64,000 bases of DNA from Malacoraja senta. Lineage: Eukaryota. Below, one piece after another: positions 21,405 through 34,474 of the stretch (positions within the stretch are counted from its first letter, which is position 1; each line of letters opens with the position of its first letter). The notes under the pieces are model-generated. The model was not told the origin of the DNA, did not search any database, and worked only from the letters and a program-made list of their open reading frames with translations. Position numbers and translations under genes: made by a program. The DNA is taken from positions 13,704,001 to 13,768,000 of the forward strand of contig CM075991.1 in the NCBI GenBank assembly GCA_038087875.1, read 5' to 3'.

Positions 21405-22207
21405 GTGAGGTTATCCACTTGGTGGCAAAAACAGGAAAGCAGACTATTATCTAAATGGTGGCCGATTAGGAAAAGGGGAGATGCAACGAGACCTGGGTGT
21501 CATGGTACACCAGTCATTGAAAGTAGGCATGCAGATGCGGCAGGCAGTGAAGAAAGCGAATGGTATGTTAGCATTCATAGCAAAAGGATTTAAGTATAGG
21601 AGCAGGGAGGTTCTACTGCAGTTGTACAGGGTCTTGGTAAGACCACACCTGGAGTATTGCGTACAGTTTTGGTCTCCAAATCTGAGGAAGGACATTATTG
21701 CCATAGAGGGTGTGCAGAGAAGGTTCACCAGACTGATTACTGGGATGTCAGGACTTTCATATGAAGAAAGATTGGATAGACTCGGCTTGTACTCGCTAGA
21801 ATTTAGGAGATTGAGGGGGGATCTTATAGAAACTTACAAAATTCTTAAGGGGTTGGACAGGTTAGATGCAGGAAGATTGTTCCCGATGTTGGGGAAGTCC
21901 AGGACAAGGGGTCACAGCTTAAGGATAGAGGGGAAATCCTTTAGGGCCGAGATGAGAAAAACCTTTTTCACACAGAGAGTGGTGAATCTCTGGAACTCTC
22001 TGCCACAGAAGGTAGTTGAGGCCAGTTCATTGGCTATATTTAAGAGGGAGTTAGATGTGGCCCTTGTGGCTAAAGGGATCAGGGGGTATGGAGAGAAGGC
22101 GGGTACGGGATACTGAGTTGGATGATCAGCCATGATCATATTGATTGGCGGTGCAGGCTCGAAGGGCCGAATGGCCTACTCCTGCACCTATTTTCTGTGT
22201 TTCTATG
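21405..22207 (+). mobile_element. CR1/HER1-like LINE 3' fragment (intronic)
   Basis: RDLGV...LYRVLVRPHLEYCVQFWSP...RRLRGDLIETYK, followed by the 3' UTR GAAGGGCCGAATGGCCTACTCCTGC. Confidence 0.92.
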
Positions 22208-23664
22208 TAACAAACAACAGTGCGGCGCACAAACAGGCCTTTCTGCCCACAATACCGCGCCGCACATAATGCCAAGTTGAACTAATCTGCTCTGCCTGTC
22301 CTTGTTATTCCCTTCCATTCCCCGCATTGCATATGCCGATGGAAAAGCCTTCTAAATGTCAATATTCTATCTCCCTCTACGCCAACCCTGGCAGCATGTT
22401 TCAGGCACCCGCCACTCCCTGTGTGAGAAACTTGGCACGGACATCTTCTTTAATCTTTGCCTCTCTCACCGTAAAGCTGGGGTGGAAGATTGCAACCTTC
22501 ACGTGGTCCGCCCTGTTTCGACTAATGCAATCAACTCGACGTGCACAAACGGAAGATCAAATAGAACAAGTTGTCCAACAACTTTAGGCTGTGCACGCCA
22601 CACGAAAGAAGAAGTCCGTAAAGCTCTGCCCTCTCGTGATTAAAAATTGCGCCACTATTCAATCTGTTCTGCGCCCACTCCAAAGCCTCCACATTCTTGC
22701 AGGAACGGGGCGACCAGAACTGCACACAGTACAGCAAATGCGCCCTAACCTAATTAAAGCTGAAACGTGACTTCCTGACTCTTATACTCATTTCCCCGAC
22801 AGAGGAAGGCAAGCATACCTAACGCCTTCTTTACAACTCTATCTCATTGTGTGCCTACAGTCGTCTACAATTCCAGAAACGTCTTTCGTAAAACGCACGT
22901 TTGCGTTGAATAGCAACTCCCTCACATTATAACCTGCAATGTGAGCATCTATCAATGAGGAACATATCCCCTTTCATACATTCAAATGCATTAGGATATA
23001 CGAATAATTTAGATTTGGATTTAAATTTAATTTGAATATACAAATAATTGTAGTTACAAGCTCAAGTTCACGCATTTTTATCTTTCGGGAAACGGAAGGG
23101 TAGACCATCCAGATTCCCCGATTATGCACTTGACGTTACACACTTATAATGGGTATTATGACTGTGAAACGTCATTTTGACGTGCTGGAAAATTATTTTT
23201 TCTCATGAAATTCTGCCAATTTCACTTTCAGGCTTTAACTCTCGAAATTATTCTCCCATATATTTTCACATTTGGATTTCTCGTATTGCGTGCTGTGATT
23301 TTAATCATGATTCTACATAACCTACCCATTGAAACCGATAGATCCAAATTATATGCCATGCAGCTTCTAAACGTCCATGTCCGCTCTGTGGTACACGCAT
23401 GTTTCAAGAACATTTCCTAGACCGCAGAACATTTCACCGCCAGATGCATATTCCCCTCCCCACCACTTTCGGTAATTTGACTGAACAGCTCACTTTGTGA
23501 TGACCTGACGCAGTTATTTTTCCCAACTAACCCTCGCTGATGAGTGTTTTCCGGCGATTTGTTTTGTTAAACTAGATGCGCGTTTTTGTTCAGCGACAAA
23601 GAATCTTTGCTGGCTGTTGATGGAAACATTGTGATGATCTATATATTACCCGCTTCGTTCACAG

Positions 23665-23982
23665 AGCACAAAGAGATGCGCCTTGTGAACGGAGAGCATC
23701 GATGTGAAGGGAGAGTGGAAGTGCGGTACAACGGGACATGGGGGACAGTGTGCTCCGAGAAGTTTCACAGAAAGGATGCGGAAGTGATCTGTAAACAAGT
23801 AAAATGTGGACCTCTCATATCTATTTATTATGACGCCTGGACATTTGGAGCGGGTTCTGGGCCCATATGGCTGGATGAGATGGAATGTAATTCGCACGAG
23901 TCGACCCTTTGGCAGTGTCAGTCAGACCCTTGGGGGAAACACAACTGTCGCCACGGGGAGGATGCAGGTGTTGCATGTGAAG
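23665..23982 (+). CDS. SRCR exon 5
   Basis: cag|AG CAC...GAA G|gtaa. MRLVNGEHRCEGRVEV...GPIWLDEMEC. Confidence 0.92.
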
Positions 23983-24229
23983 GTAACACAAGCAATACAT
24001 CACATGGCGGCTGACATATTAAACCTGAATGTATAAAACCGTCAGCATCCACCTCTTCTCCACAGATGCCGAAATGCCAGAGAGATCCAGTGGAAAGGCC
24101 TGTGACGAAGGAAATGAATCTCAATCTCGCCGTTTACCAGGCGAGTCATCTTTATTAATTTTAGCATCAGCCTGACGTCAATTCCGGATGTGTATTTAAC
24201 GCATAATGTGATTATTTTTAACTTTACAG

Positions 24230-24541
24230 ATCTACCACTGCGGCTTGATGGCGGCAGCAACAATTGCTCCGGACGGGTTCAGTTATTGTTCAACAACAGC
24301 TGGGGCACAGTGTGTGATGACTCCTGGGATGTTGCCGATGCCAATGTCGTCTGCAGACAGTTGGGATGTGGCGATGCTCGTTGGACTCCAGGAGCGGCTC
24401 CCATTGCCCCAGTCTCCGGGGATATCTGGCTGGATGAAGTCAAATGCACAGGAAGTGAATCATTCCTGTCCCGTTGTCTGGCTTCACCGATCGGTCAGCA
24501 TGACTGTGATCACAAGGAGGATGTCATTGTTATTTGTTCCG
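24230..24541 (+). CDS. SRCR exon 6 (membrane-proximal)
   Basis: cag|AT CTA...TCC G|gtac. LRLDGGSNNCSGRV...WGTVCDDSWD...CDHKEDVIVICS. Confidence 0.92.
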
Positions 24542-24674
24542 GTACGTCTTGTTCGACAGATTCCTGGATCATTATAACACTTTAAAATCATAATTAAATG
24601 TGTTTTTAGTTTCTTTAATGCAGAAAACCTAATTAGATTAAGTTGACAATATGTGTTTGCAATAATGTTCACAG

Positions 24675-24710
24675 GTCCAGTTTTGACTCCCACTGGCTCC
24701 AGCATTTCAG
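24675..24710 (+). CDS. Probable 36-nt stalk exon (GPVLTPTGSSIS)
   Basis: cag|GTCCAG...TTCAG|gtatt, phase 1-1, Pro/Thr/Ser-rich. Confidence 0.55.
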
Positions 24711-26076
24711 GTATTTATTATTCACGCGATGTTGATGTTTAGAATTCCAATCTTTGTTGACAATGCTGATACTCGCTTGGTAAGATTTGCTAATTACTAA
24801 AGTACACGGTAGATAGTTTACACAATGTTTAGCCCAGTATTCGAACCAGTCTTGTAAACTTCTAAAACTGTGTGTCCAACTCCAGCCAAAATATCTTGGT
24901 GACGTCACAGAATGCGGACGTCCGCATTGTTGTCCGCCCTCGACACCCCCAATAAAGTGGCGATCAGCTGCCTCAATCAAAGGCGGCAGTTGGTAGAATT
25001 TCTATGCGCTTTTGGGTTAGGATTACTGATTTTAGAGTCGCCGCTATTAATGAATTCGTATCATGTGTTGGAACCAAGATAAGTTGTGACGTTGAGAATA
25101 ATTTGTCGGTGTCATTATTCCTAACTGACGGTTGCATTTCGATCCAGTGGAGAAAATGGTTCGCTCTTTTATAAAGTATTGTCGAAATACCCCTGATGAC
25201 TTACTCTTAGTGCATATCATACATGTTCGGCCCTTTGTAACAAGCATCATCCTGAGCAAAACGATGTCAACATTTAGGACATGCACTTCTTGGTGTCAGT
25301 ATTCCTCTGATTTGGATTTTATGACACCGGGTGTGTGCCGAGCTCTGTGGATACACATTATGTTTGAATATAATTATGTATCTTCCAGTTGGATACAGTG
25401 CGCCACTGGTTAGGAATCAGGACTTTCCGATATGTTCTGTATTCATCCCGTTCTGCCCAGCACGACAGAGAATTCCGGTGATTTCACCACGTCTCTTTGT
25501 GCCGTGATAACCCCTGTGTAGTGGTCATCGGCAGGAAAATGTAAAACAAAACATCAACGGCAGAGCCCTAATTATAAGTGTTATTGCTTGTCTTGTTTTC
25601 ATTAAACTAGTTCACTCGACTCCGAAAATGTATCCTATTCGAGTTCCTCTATCGCGAGATGCTTGGTGATGATCATTGAATCACACAACCTATTTGCAGA
25701 CGCGGCTAATCTGGGGATATTTTTATGTATTCTTGAACGGGCAATCGTTCCAAATCCAGAATTGTGAGTGGAAACCAAAATAACTTGCTTCGGTCGAGTT
25801 TGTTCTCCATGGCATGAGAAATCACGCGGCCTGCAGCCAATGGGGACCACTATGCAAGGGATAGTCCTGATAAACCAGGCCTGATTGAGAATTAGTATTT
25901 TTATTGGTTTCCACTCACGTGTTAATCTGCTGCAATGCCCCAGAGGATTATTGGGAACATTCCTGGCGAAGGAAGATGCACAATCAGAGGTGAAAATTAA
26001 TCAAAGTTCGCTGCGCCTGCTTTAACTATGGAGCTACAACGTCTGTTATGAAGTTATCCCTGAATTTGTATTTCAG

Positions 26077-26193
26077 TGTTGGGGAATAAGATGCCCTCTA
26101 TGATTGTTGTCGCCTGTATAACCCTTGGAATCGTCCTCATCGGTGAATTACTCGCACTGATGATGATATCACGGAGACGGGCAGCAAAAAGAG
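26077..26193 (+). CDS. Transmembrane exon of SRCR receptor
   Basis: tttcag|...G|gtgag. Hydrophobic MIVVACITLGIVLIGELLALMMI followed by basic SRRRAAKR. Confidence 0.88.
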
Positions 26194-26679
26194 GTGAGGT
26201 TCAACTTTACACAATTATTGTTGCGGCTAGTATTTCACAACTCGGTGAGACTCCGGTTCCAACCACTTTTCCCAAAGTTATTGCATTATTAAATAAGTAT
26301 ATTTTGTAACTCTTTAAATGGTTCTATTCAAATTCTCCATTTGTAGTAACAAAATGGAAAGGTTAATGGTTTCTTGTTGGATGCCTGCTCGATTGGTCAC
26401 GTGACCGTCGTTCAAATATCTGTTCAACATTTGGCTCATTTCACTGATGCGAACCCGCTGCAGAACCTCCAACATTCTGATTAGATTCTATTCATCACAT
26501 CAAGATGTTGCACTTTCCTCGCGTTTAATGAACTAGGACTTCCTTATTCCCCATCTCTTAACATTCATTTGATGCAACTCAATCCTTATCTCTCACTTAT
26601 CTGTCACTTCCTAAATTGACAAATCTGCGGAAATTTCAATTTCTCGTCACCGTCCGCCACACTGCTGCTATCTGCACAT

Positions 26680-29600
26680 ACATAGATACATAGAAAATAG
26701 GTGCAGGAGTAGGCCATTCGGCCCTTCGAGCCTGCACCGCCATTCAATATGATCATGGCTGATCATCCAACTCAGTATCCCGTACCTGCCTTCTCTCCAT
26801 ACCCCCTGATCCCTTTAGCCACAAGGGCCACATCTAACTCCCTCTTACATATAGCCAATGAACTGGCCTCAACTACCCTCTGTGGCAGAGAGTTCCAGAG
26901 ATTCACCACTCTCTGTGTGAAAAAGTTTTTTCTCATCTCGGTCTTAAAGGATTTCCCCCTTATCCTTAAGCTGTGACCCCTTGTCCTGGACTTCCCCAAC
27001 ATCGGGAACAATCTTCCTGCATCTAGCCTGTCCAACCCTATAAGAAATTTGTACGTTTCTATAAGATCCCCTCTCAATCTCCTAAATTCTAGCGAGTATA
27101 AGCCAAGTCTATCCAGTCTTTCTTCATATGAATGTCCTGACATCCCAGGAATCAGTCTGGTGAACCTTCTCTGCACTCCCTCTATGGCTATAATGTCCTT
27201 CCTCAGATTTGGAGACCAAAACTGTACACAATACTCCAGGTGTGGTCTCACCAAGACCCTGTACAACTGCAGTAGAACCTCCCTGCTCCTATACTCAAAT
27301 CCTTTTGCTATGAAAGCTAACATACCATTCGCTTTCTTCACTGCCTGCTGCACCTGCATGCCTACTTTCAATGACTGGTGTACCATGACACCCAGGTCTC
27401 GCTGCATCTCCCCTTTTCCTAATCGGCCACCATTTAGATAATAGACTTCTTTCCTGTTTTTGCCACCAAAGTGGATAACCTCACATTTATCCACATTATA
27501 CTGCATCTGCCAAACATTTGCCCACTCACCCAGCCTATCCAAGTCACCTTGCAGTCTCCTAGCATCCTCCTCACAGCTAACACTGCCCCCCAGCAGTGTC
27601 ATCCGCAAACTTGGAGATGTTGCCTTCAATTCCCTCATCCAGTTCATTAATATAAATTATAAATAGCTGGGGTCCCAGCACTGAGCCTTGCGGTACCCCA
27701 CTAGTCACTGCCTGCCATTGTGAAAAGGACCCGTTTACTCCTACTCTTTGCTTCCTGTTTGCCAGCCCATTCTCTATCCACATCAATACTGAACCCCCAA
27801 TACCGTGTGCTTTAAGTTTGTATACTAATCTCTTATGTGGGACCTTGTCGAAAGCCTTCTGAAAGTCCAGATACAACACATCCACTGGTTCTCCCTTATC
27901 CACTCTACCAGTTACATCCTCGAAAAATTCTATAAGATTCGTCAGACATGATTTACCTTTCGTAAATCCATGCTGACTTTGTCCAATGATTTCACCACTT
28001 TCCAAATGTGCTGCTATCCCATCTTTAGTAACTGACTCTAGCAGTTTCCCCACTACCGATGTTAGCCTAACTGGTTTGTAATTCCCCGTTTTCTCTCTTC
28101 CTCCCTTCTTAAAACGTGGGGTTACATTTGCTACCCTCCAATCCTCAGGAACTACTCCAGAATCTAAAGAGTTTTGAAAAATTATCACTAATGCATCCAC
28201 TGTTTCTGGAGCTACTTCCTTAAGTACTCTGGGATGCAGCCTATCGGGCCCTGGTGATTTATCTGCCTTTAATCCATTCAATTTACCCAACACCACTTCC
28301 CAACTAACCTGGATTTCACTCAGTTCCTCCATCTCCTTTGACCCGCGGTCCCCTGCTATTTCCGGCAGATTATTTATGTCTTCCTCAGTGAAGACGGAAC
28401 CAAAGTAGTTATTCAATTGGTCCGCCATATCCTTGTTCCCCATGATCAATCCACCTGTTTCTGACTGCAAGGGACCTACATTTGTTTTAACTAATCTCTT
28501 TCTCTTCACATATCTATAAAAACTTTTGCAGTCAGTTTTTATGTTCCCTGCCAGTTTTCTTTCATAATCTATTTTCCCTTTCCTAATTAAGCCCTTTGTC
28601 CTCCTCTGCTGGGCTCTGAATTTCTCCCAGTCCTCTGGTATGCTGCTTTTTCTGGCCAATTTGTACGCATTGATACTATCCCTGATTTGCCTTGTTATCC
28701 ACGGATGCACTACCTTCCCTGATTTATTCTTTTGCCAAACTGGGATGAACAATTTTTGTAGTTCATCCATGCAGTCTTTAAATGCCTTCCATTGCATATC
28801 CACCGTCAACCCTTTTAGAACTAATTGCCAGTCAATCTTGGCCAATTCACGTCTCATACCCTCAAAGTTACCTTTCTTTAAGTTCAGAACTGTTGTTTCT
28901 TAATTAACAATGTCACTCTCCATCCTAATGAAGAACTCAACCATATTATGGTCACTCTTGCCCAAGGGGGCACGCACAACAAGACTGCTAACTAACCCTT
29001 CCTCATTACTCAATACCCAGTCTAGAATAGCCTGCTCTCTCGTTGGTTCCTCTACATGTTGGTTTAGATAACTATCCCACATACATTCCAAGAAATCCTC
29101 TTCCTCAGCACCCCTGCCAATTTGATTCACCCAATCTATATGTAGATTGAAGTCACCCATTATAACTGTTTTGCCTTTGTTGCACGCATTTCTAATTTCC
29201 TGTTTGATGCCATCCCCAACTTCACCACTACTGCTAGGTGGCCTGTACACAACACCCACCAGCGTTTTCTGCCCCTTAGTGTTTCGCAGCTCTACCCATA
29301 CCGATTCCACATCCTCCAAGCTAATGTCCTTCCTTTCCACTGCGTTAATCTCCTCTCTAACCAGCAACGCTACCCCACCTCCTTTTCCTTTCTCTCTATC
29401 CCTCCTGAATATTGAATATCCCTGGATGTTCAGCTCCCAGCCTTGGTCACCCTGGAGCCATGTCTCCGTGATCCCAACTATATCATAATCATTAATAGCT
29501 ATCTGCACGTTCAACTCATCCACCTTATTACGAATGCTCCTTGCATTGAGACACAAAGCCTTCAGGCTTGTTTTTACAACGCTCTTACCCCTTATACAAT

Positions 29601-31153
29601 TATGTTGAAAAGTGGCCCTTTTTGATATTTGCCCTGGATTTGTCTGCCTGTCACTTTTACTTTTCACCTTGCTACCTATTGCTTCCGCCCGCATTTTACA
29701 CCCCTCTGTTTCTCTGCTCACCCATTTAAGAACCCCACCACCTCTTATTCTCTGTTTATTATTGTTTTCTTCTTTCCCCCCTACATGTTGGGTCTGAGTG
29801 CTTTCCTTCTCTGCCTCCTGCCTCACACACTGTCTAATAGCTTTCTCTATTTGAGTCCCTCCCCCCAACCATTCTAGTTTAAAGTCTCCCCAGTAGCCTT
29901 TGCAGATCTCCCAGCCAGGATATCGGTTCCCCTCAGGTTCAACTGCAACCCATCCTTTTTGTACAGGTCGCACCTTCCACAAAAGAGGTCCCAATGATCC
30001 AGAAATTTGAATCCCTGCCCTCTGCACCAGTCCTTCAGCCACGCATTTATCCTCCACCTCGCTCCATTCCTACTCTCACTGTCGCGTGGCACAGGCAGTA
30101 ATCCCGAGATTGTTACCTTTGCTGTCCTACTCTTTAACTCATCCTCCTAACTCCCTAAATTCTCCTTTCAGGACCTCTTCTCTTTTTTTACCTATGTCAT
30201 TGGTACCTATATGTACCACGACCTCAGGCTCCTCTCCCTCCCCTTTCAGGATATCTTGGACACGTTGAGACACATCACAGACCCTGGCACCAGGGAGGCA
30301 AACTACCATCCGGGTCTCCCGACTGCGTCCACAGAATCGCCTGTCTGACCCCCTAACTATAGAGTCCCCTATTAGTATTGCCCTCCTCTTCTTTTCCTTA
30401 CCCTTCTGAGCAACAAGACCGGTCTCTGTACTGGAGGCCCGGCCGCTGTCGCTACCCCCAGGTAGGCTGTCCCCCCCAACAGTGCTCAAACAGGAGTACT
30501 TATTGTCAAGGTGTACAGCCACCGGGGTACTCTCTAGTCCCTGCCTGTGCCCCTTGCTTCTCCAAACCGTGATCCACTTGCCTGCCTCCTGTGGTCTTGG
30601 AGTGACCACCTCCCTGTAACTCCTCTCAATGACTTCCTCGCTCTCCCTGACCAGACGGAGGTCATCGAGCTGCTGCTCCAGGTTCCTAATACGGTCCCTT
30701 AGGAGCCCCATCTCGATACACCTGGCGCAGATGTGGACGTCTGGAGGGCTATCAGACTCGGTGACTTCCCACATCTGACATCCAGAACAGTAAACTGCCC
30801 TGGCCCTCATACTCCCCTTACCCTGGATACAATACATCTGACATCCAGAACAGTAAACTGCCCTGGCCCTCATACTCCCCCCTTACCCTGGATACAATAC
30901 ATCTGACATCCAGAACAGTAAACTGCCCTGGCCCTCATACTCCCCTTACCCTGGATACAATACATCTGACATCCAGAACAGTAAACTGCCCTGGCCCTCA
31001 TACTCCCCTTACCCTGGATACAATACATCTGACATCCAGAACAGTAAACTGCCCTGGCCCTCATACTCCCCTTACCCTGGATACAATACATCTGACATCC
31101 AGAACAGTAAACTGCCATGGCCCTCATACTCCCCTTACCCTGGATACAATACA
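26680..31153 (-). mobile_element. Near full-length CR1/HER1-like LINE in the SRCR gene intron: ORF1 (Zn finger plus SGNH esterase), APE endonuclease and RT, with several frameshifts
   Basis: ORF1: [80 protein letters not shown]. Confidence 0.95.
30771..31153. repeat. Six tandem 63-bp repeats at the LINE 5' end
   Basis: Units start at 30771, 30834, 30899, 30962, 31025 and 31088. Each encodes MRARAVYCSGCQMYCIQGKGS on -. Confidence 0.95.
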
Positions 31154-31605
31154 AAACAAACTGCTACAATACAGTACAATCAGCAGGGATCTGGCTCCCA
31201 ATCAGCTGCTCCCTCTTGTCTGCTTCCACCCATCAGCGGCTTCCTTAAGCCCACTTGTTTTTGAAGTGCGAGTGGAACTTGAAACGTTACAGATTCCGGT
31301 TCCTCCTCCCTCTGCGACCGACCGCTCCAACGGCTCTCGGGCAACGCCACCCAGAATGTAATCATTGTCAACGCGAGGAAGTCCTACTGACGCAGCATGC
31401 TTTAGATCTTCCTGATGTTAATATCATTAGCTCGTTTATGCAATTAGACATTAGTCCGTGCAGCGGGATTCTTCGATGTTTCTGCTCACCAACACTTTAC
31501 CTTGATTATCAACGCGTTATCATTTTGCATCTTGTTCACAAAGGTTGAACTGTTAAATTCAAGTCTTGCATGTCAGTAAGTTAAACCCAACCGTTTCTCC
31601 GGCAG

Positions 31606-31713
31606 CTGCAGATATTAGTGGCAGGGGATCACCAATCGGCTTTTACCAGGCAATTTATGAAGAGATTGCGGATTTTCCTGCTGCCAATAATTTCAGCCAG
31701 ACACATGATTCAG
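31606..31713 (+). CDS. SRCR receptor cytoplasmic exon (IYEEI motif)
   Basis: cag|CT GCA...TCA G|gtgag, encoding FYQAIYEEIADF. An alternative acceptor at 31612 is possible. Confidence 0.82.
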
Positions 31714-32206
31714 GTGAGTATTTGCACCTGACATCCACTTTTGAAAGAATAAATGTGGCCTCATTTCCAACATCGCATTAATGATCACTTAATAAAAAGA
31801 AAACAAAAACAACAGATACGTCATGCAATAAAAACAATCTGCTGGAGGATCTCAGCGGTCAGGCAGAATCTATGATGGTAAATGGGCAGAGGGGCTTTGG
31901 TGTCGGGACCCTTCTTCAAGAGGACCACGGGGAGGCAGACAATAGAAAGAAGCGAGGGGAAGAAGTGGGGCTAGATCTGAAAAATGAGAGGCATATCCAT
32001 ACGGAGGGCGGGGGGGATTTGCAGATGCGTGAAATTGGGGGAGAAGAGTGGAGGTCGACACCAAGGCTGGAGGTGCTAAGCGGAGAAATTGAGAAGTCAA
32101 AGGGCGGCAGAAGTTGGAATCAGAAGAGAACGAAAAGTGCAAGTAATATATGGAACCTGAAATTGGAGAGTTTAATAACTGTCGCTTGTGCTGTGTTGAC
32201 TTTTAG

Positions 32207-32317
32207 TCTCTGGTTCCATTGATTCCATCAATCAACTCGAATATTACACCAGCGACCCTCTGGATGGTTCTCTTCTTGCACAAGAATATCCCGAAGGAAA
32301 CTCCTCCAGTGTTCACG
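32207..32317 (+). CDS. SRCR receptor cytoplasmic exon (LEYYT)
   Basis: ttttag|TC TCT...CAC G|gttgg, 111 nt, open in phase 1-1. Confidence 0.72.
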
Positions 32318-32760
32318 GTTGGTACACATTTTTTTTTCTCCTCTTTTTCTTATTTTATTTCATTCTGCCTGTGATCAGAAACGAACATAGAAATATGCGC
32401 GAAAATGTCCGCCGAGAAATGAGTGGGAAAAGATCTCAAGGTGTTGGAAAAGGTTTTCTTTCCGAGAGAACAGTGATCGAGTTTGAATTTGAAGAACAAT
32501 CTCTCATCTGTAACCAGCTGTGTGATTGAACAAAACATTCCATGTTTCTCCTTTGACACACAATGCGTTGTAGGCCTTGCTGTGTGAAATGAATGCCCAG
32601 GCTTGATGCGCGATTAATTAGTTCATCGCCACAAGACGACTCAAGATCCTCTCTCTTTCCAAATCCCCATTCACACGATCAACAGAATCTCTCATCAGGC
32701 GGAGCTTGCTGTACAATATTGACTTTCAGGACCATAATTCTGGCTTATGCTTCCTCCTAG

Positions 32761-32892
32761 ACCTGGTTCCTGACGACTATGACGATGCCGAGAGTAAAAC
32801 CACCGCTTCTCGGAGTTGTCAGTTCTCGATGGGCGCTGGCGACGATGACCTTCTGAAGATCACAGTTGCCGGCGATGATGTCGACAATGACG
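32761..32892 (+). CDS. SRCR receptor cytoplasmic exon (DDYDDAE)
   Basis: ctag|AC CTG...GAC G|gtgag, 132 nt. Confidence 0.8.
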
Positions 32893-33350
32893 GTGAGTTC
32901 AGTCTCTTCCATCACACAGTAACCGGGTATCTGTGTAGAAAATCGTTCCACGGATTGAGTTTTTCTTTATTCACTTCCGTGCTTCAAAGTTTTCATGAAA
33001 TGAAATACAATGTTCCGAGAAAGCAGCCCACGAGCAGTTCTGTTCTCACTCCAAGAAGGTGACACTCCCGACTGTAATGTCGACCACATGCCTATTAGAT
33101 AGTACATGTTCATGTCGGCTTTTGTTTTCCATATACTTTGTTGTAGACCTGAACTTGAATGGAGGTAGAAAACAGAAACCATTCCCAGTCGCCGTGCACC
33201 AACAATGGGTCCTTGTACATAACAGAATTATACACAATCTGTCCTGATGATTATTCCAATGTCGCCGTTCTTCCATAATTGGACAAACCTCGCCGTGCGA
33301 TGCCGTCTCTCACGCACTGAGATTCCTGTCATTCTTTATCACTCCCGCAG

Positions 33351-33505
33351 AGCGGACTCCGCAGATTCTCCACGATCCTGCTTTCTCGGCTGCCTGCTCT
33401 ACAAACAGCAATGACCAACTTCACTGCGGCACATTCACTGTTCCTGCCCTTGCAGCACCCATTGGGGTCGACGACTCGTTTCCATGTTTAACATCAGAGC
33501 CATGA
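33351..33505 (+). CDS. Probable last coding exon of SRCR receptor
   Basis: cgcag|AG CGG...CCA TGA is open in phase 1. A gtaag donor lies 5 nt after the stop, and AATAAA occurs at ~34357. Confidence 0.6.
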
Positions 33506-34474
33506 AGACGGTAAGGAAAACATTTCATTGTTTGCTTCCTCTGGCTGTATCCCGACACCAGCGATGTGTGGGTTGGGAGTTGTGCAATTCAGGATGCATT
33601 TCCCACCGAACAATGAGGACTATGGTGAAGTATCAGTGACATTATACGAATTAAATTTATCAATGAGAACATTGCAGATACTTGCGTTGAAAAAAAAAAG
33701 TTACTTTTACATTGCCTCCACATGATGTCATGACGCCGGTATCTATTAATTTTCAGGAAATACTTTCCGTATGCTTAGACCATGCATTGGTAATTTAGAG
33801 GCTTTAATGGAGACAATATTATCACGACTAGTTCTATTTAACTCCATTGTACATTTTAGCTTACGCAATGTTTTTATTCCTCAGGTACTTTCTTCCAACG
33901 CGAGTCCTGAAGTGATGAAAAGGGTTCTGCGTTTCATTGGACAGCACATACCTCTCACCTTTCCAGCAACATGAACAAGCAGATCTCCACTGCATTGCCT
34001 TCACTCGCTGTATAATCACAAACACACATATTGATTGGCTTTGAGATCACTGCATTTGATGTTTGTCCGAGAGCTTGCATGAAAACATCTTTATTCTGCT
34101 AATGCGCACGTGTAGGAAACTGACTTGATTTGTAGGAAACCCATGGAAGAGAGATCAAAGTTACATTTATTCAATGGTAAACAATTTATCGGAATTTGTC
34201 TTTTTGAGCCTATCCCAATATTCTGCATAATTGCTTAAGAGAGCACGAGAGATCAAATTAATGCAATTTCGGTTTTACCACACCTTACATTGTTCTGGTT
34301 ATGGTCAGTAATATTTTTTCATTCTCACCGTGTTTAATGGAAAGATCGAAAAACGTAATAAATACTTTGGATGATGTTTGATATTAATGTGTTTTTATTT
34401 TGTCAAGAAACAAGTGTCTGAAACAACACCCATTAGTTTTTTTGTAATCTTAAAACGAGAAGAGGATATCTCAG

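Noticed and set aside
25389..25408. Possible extra mini-exon of the SRCR gene
   Set aside because: 20 nt between AG and GT would break the phase-1 frame.
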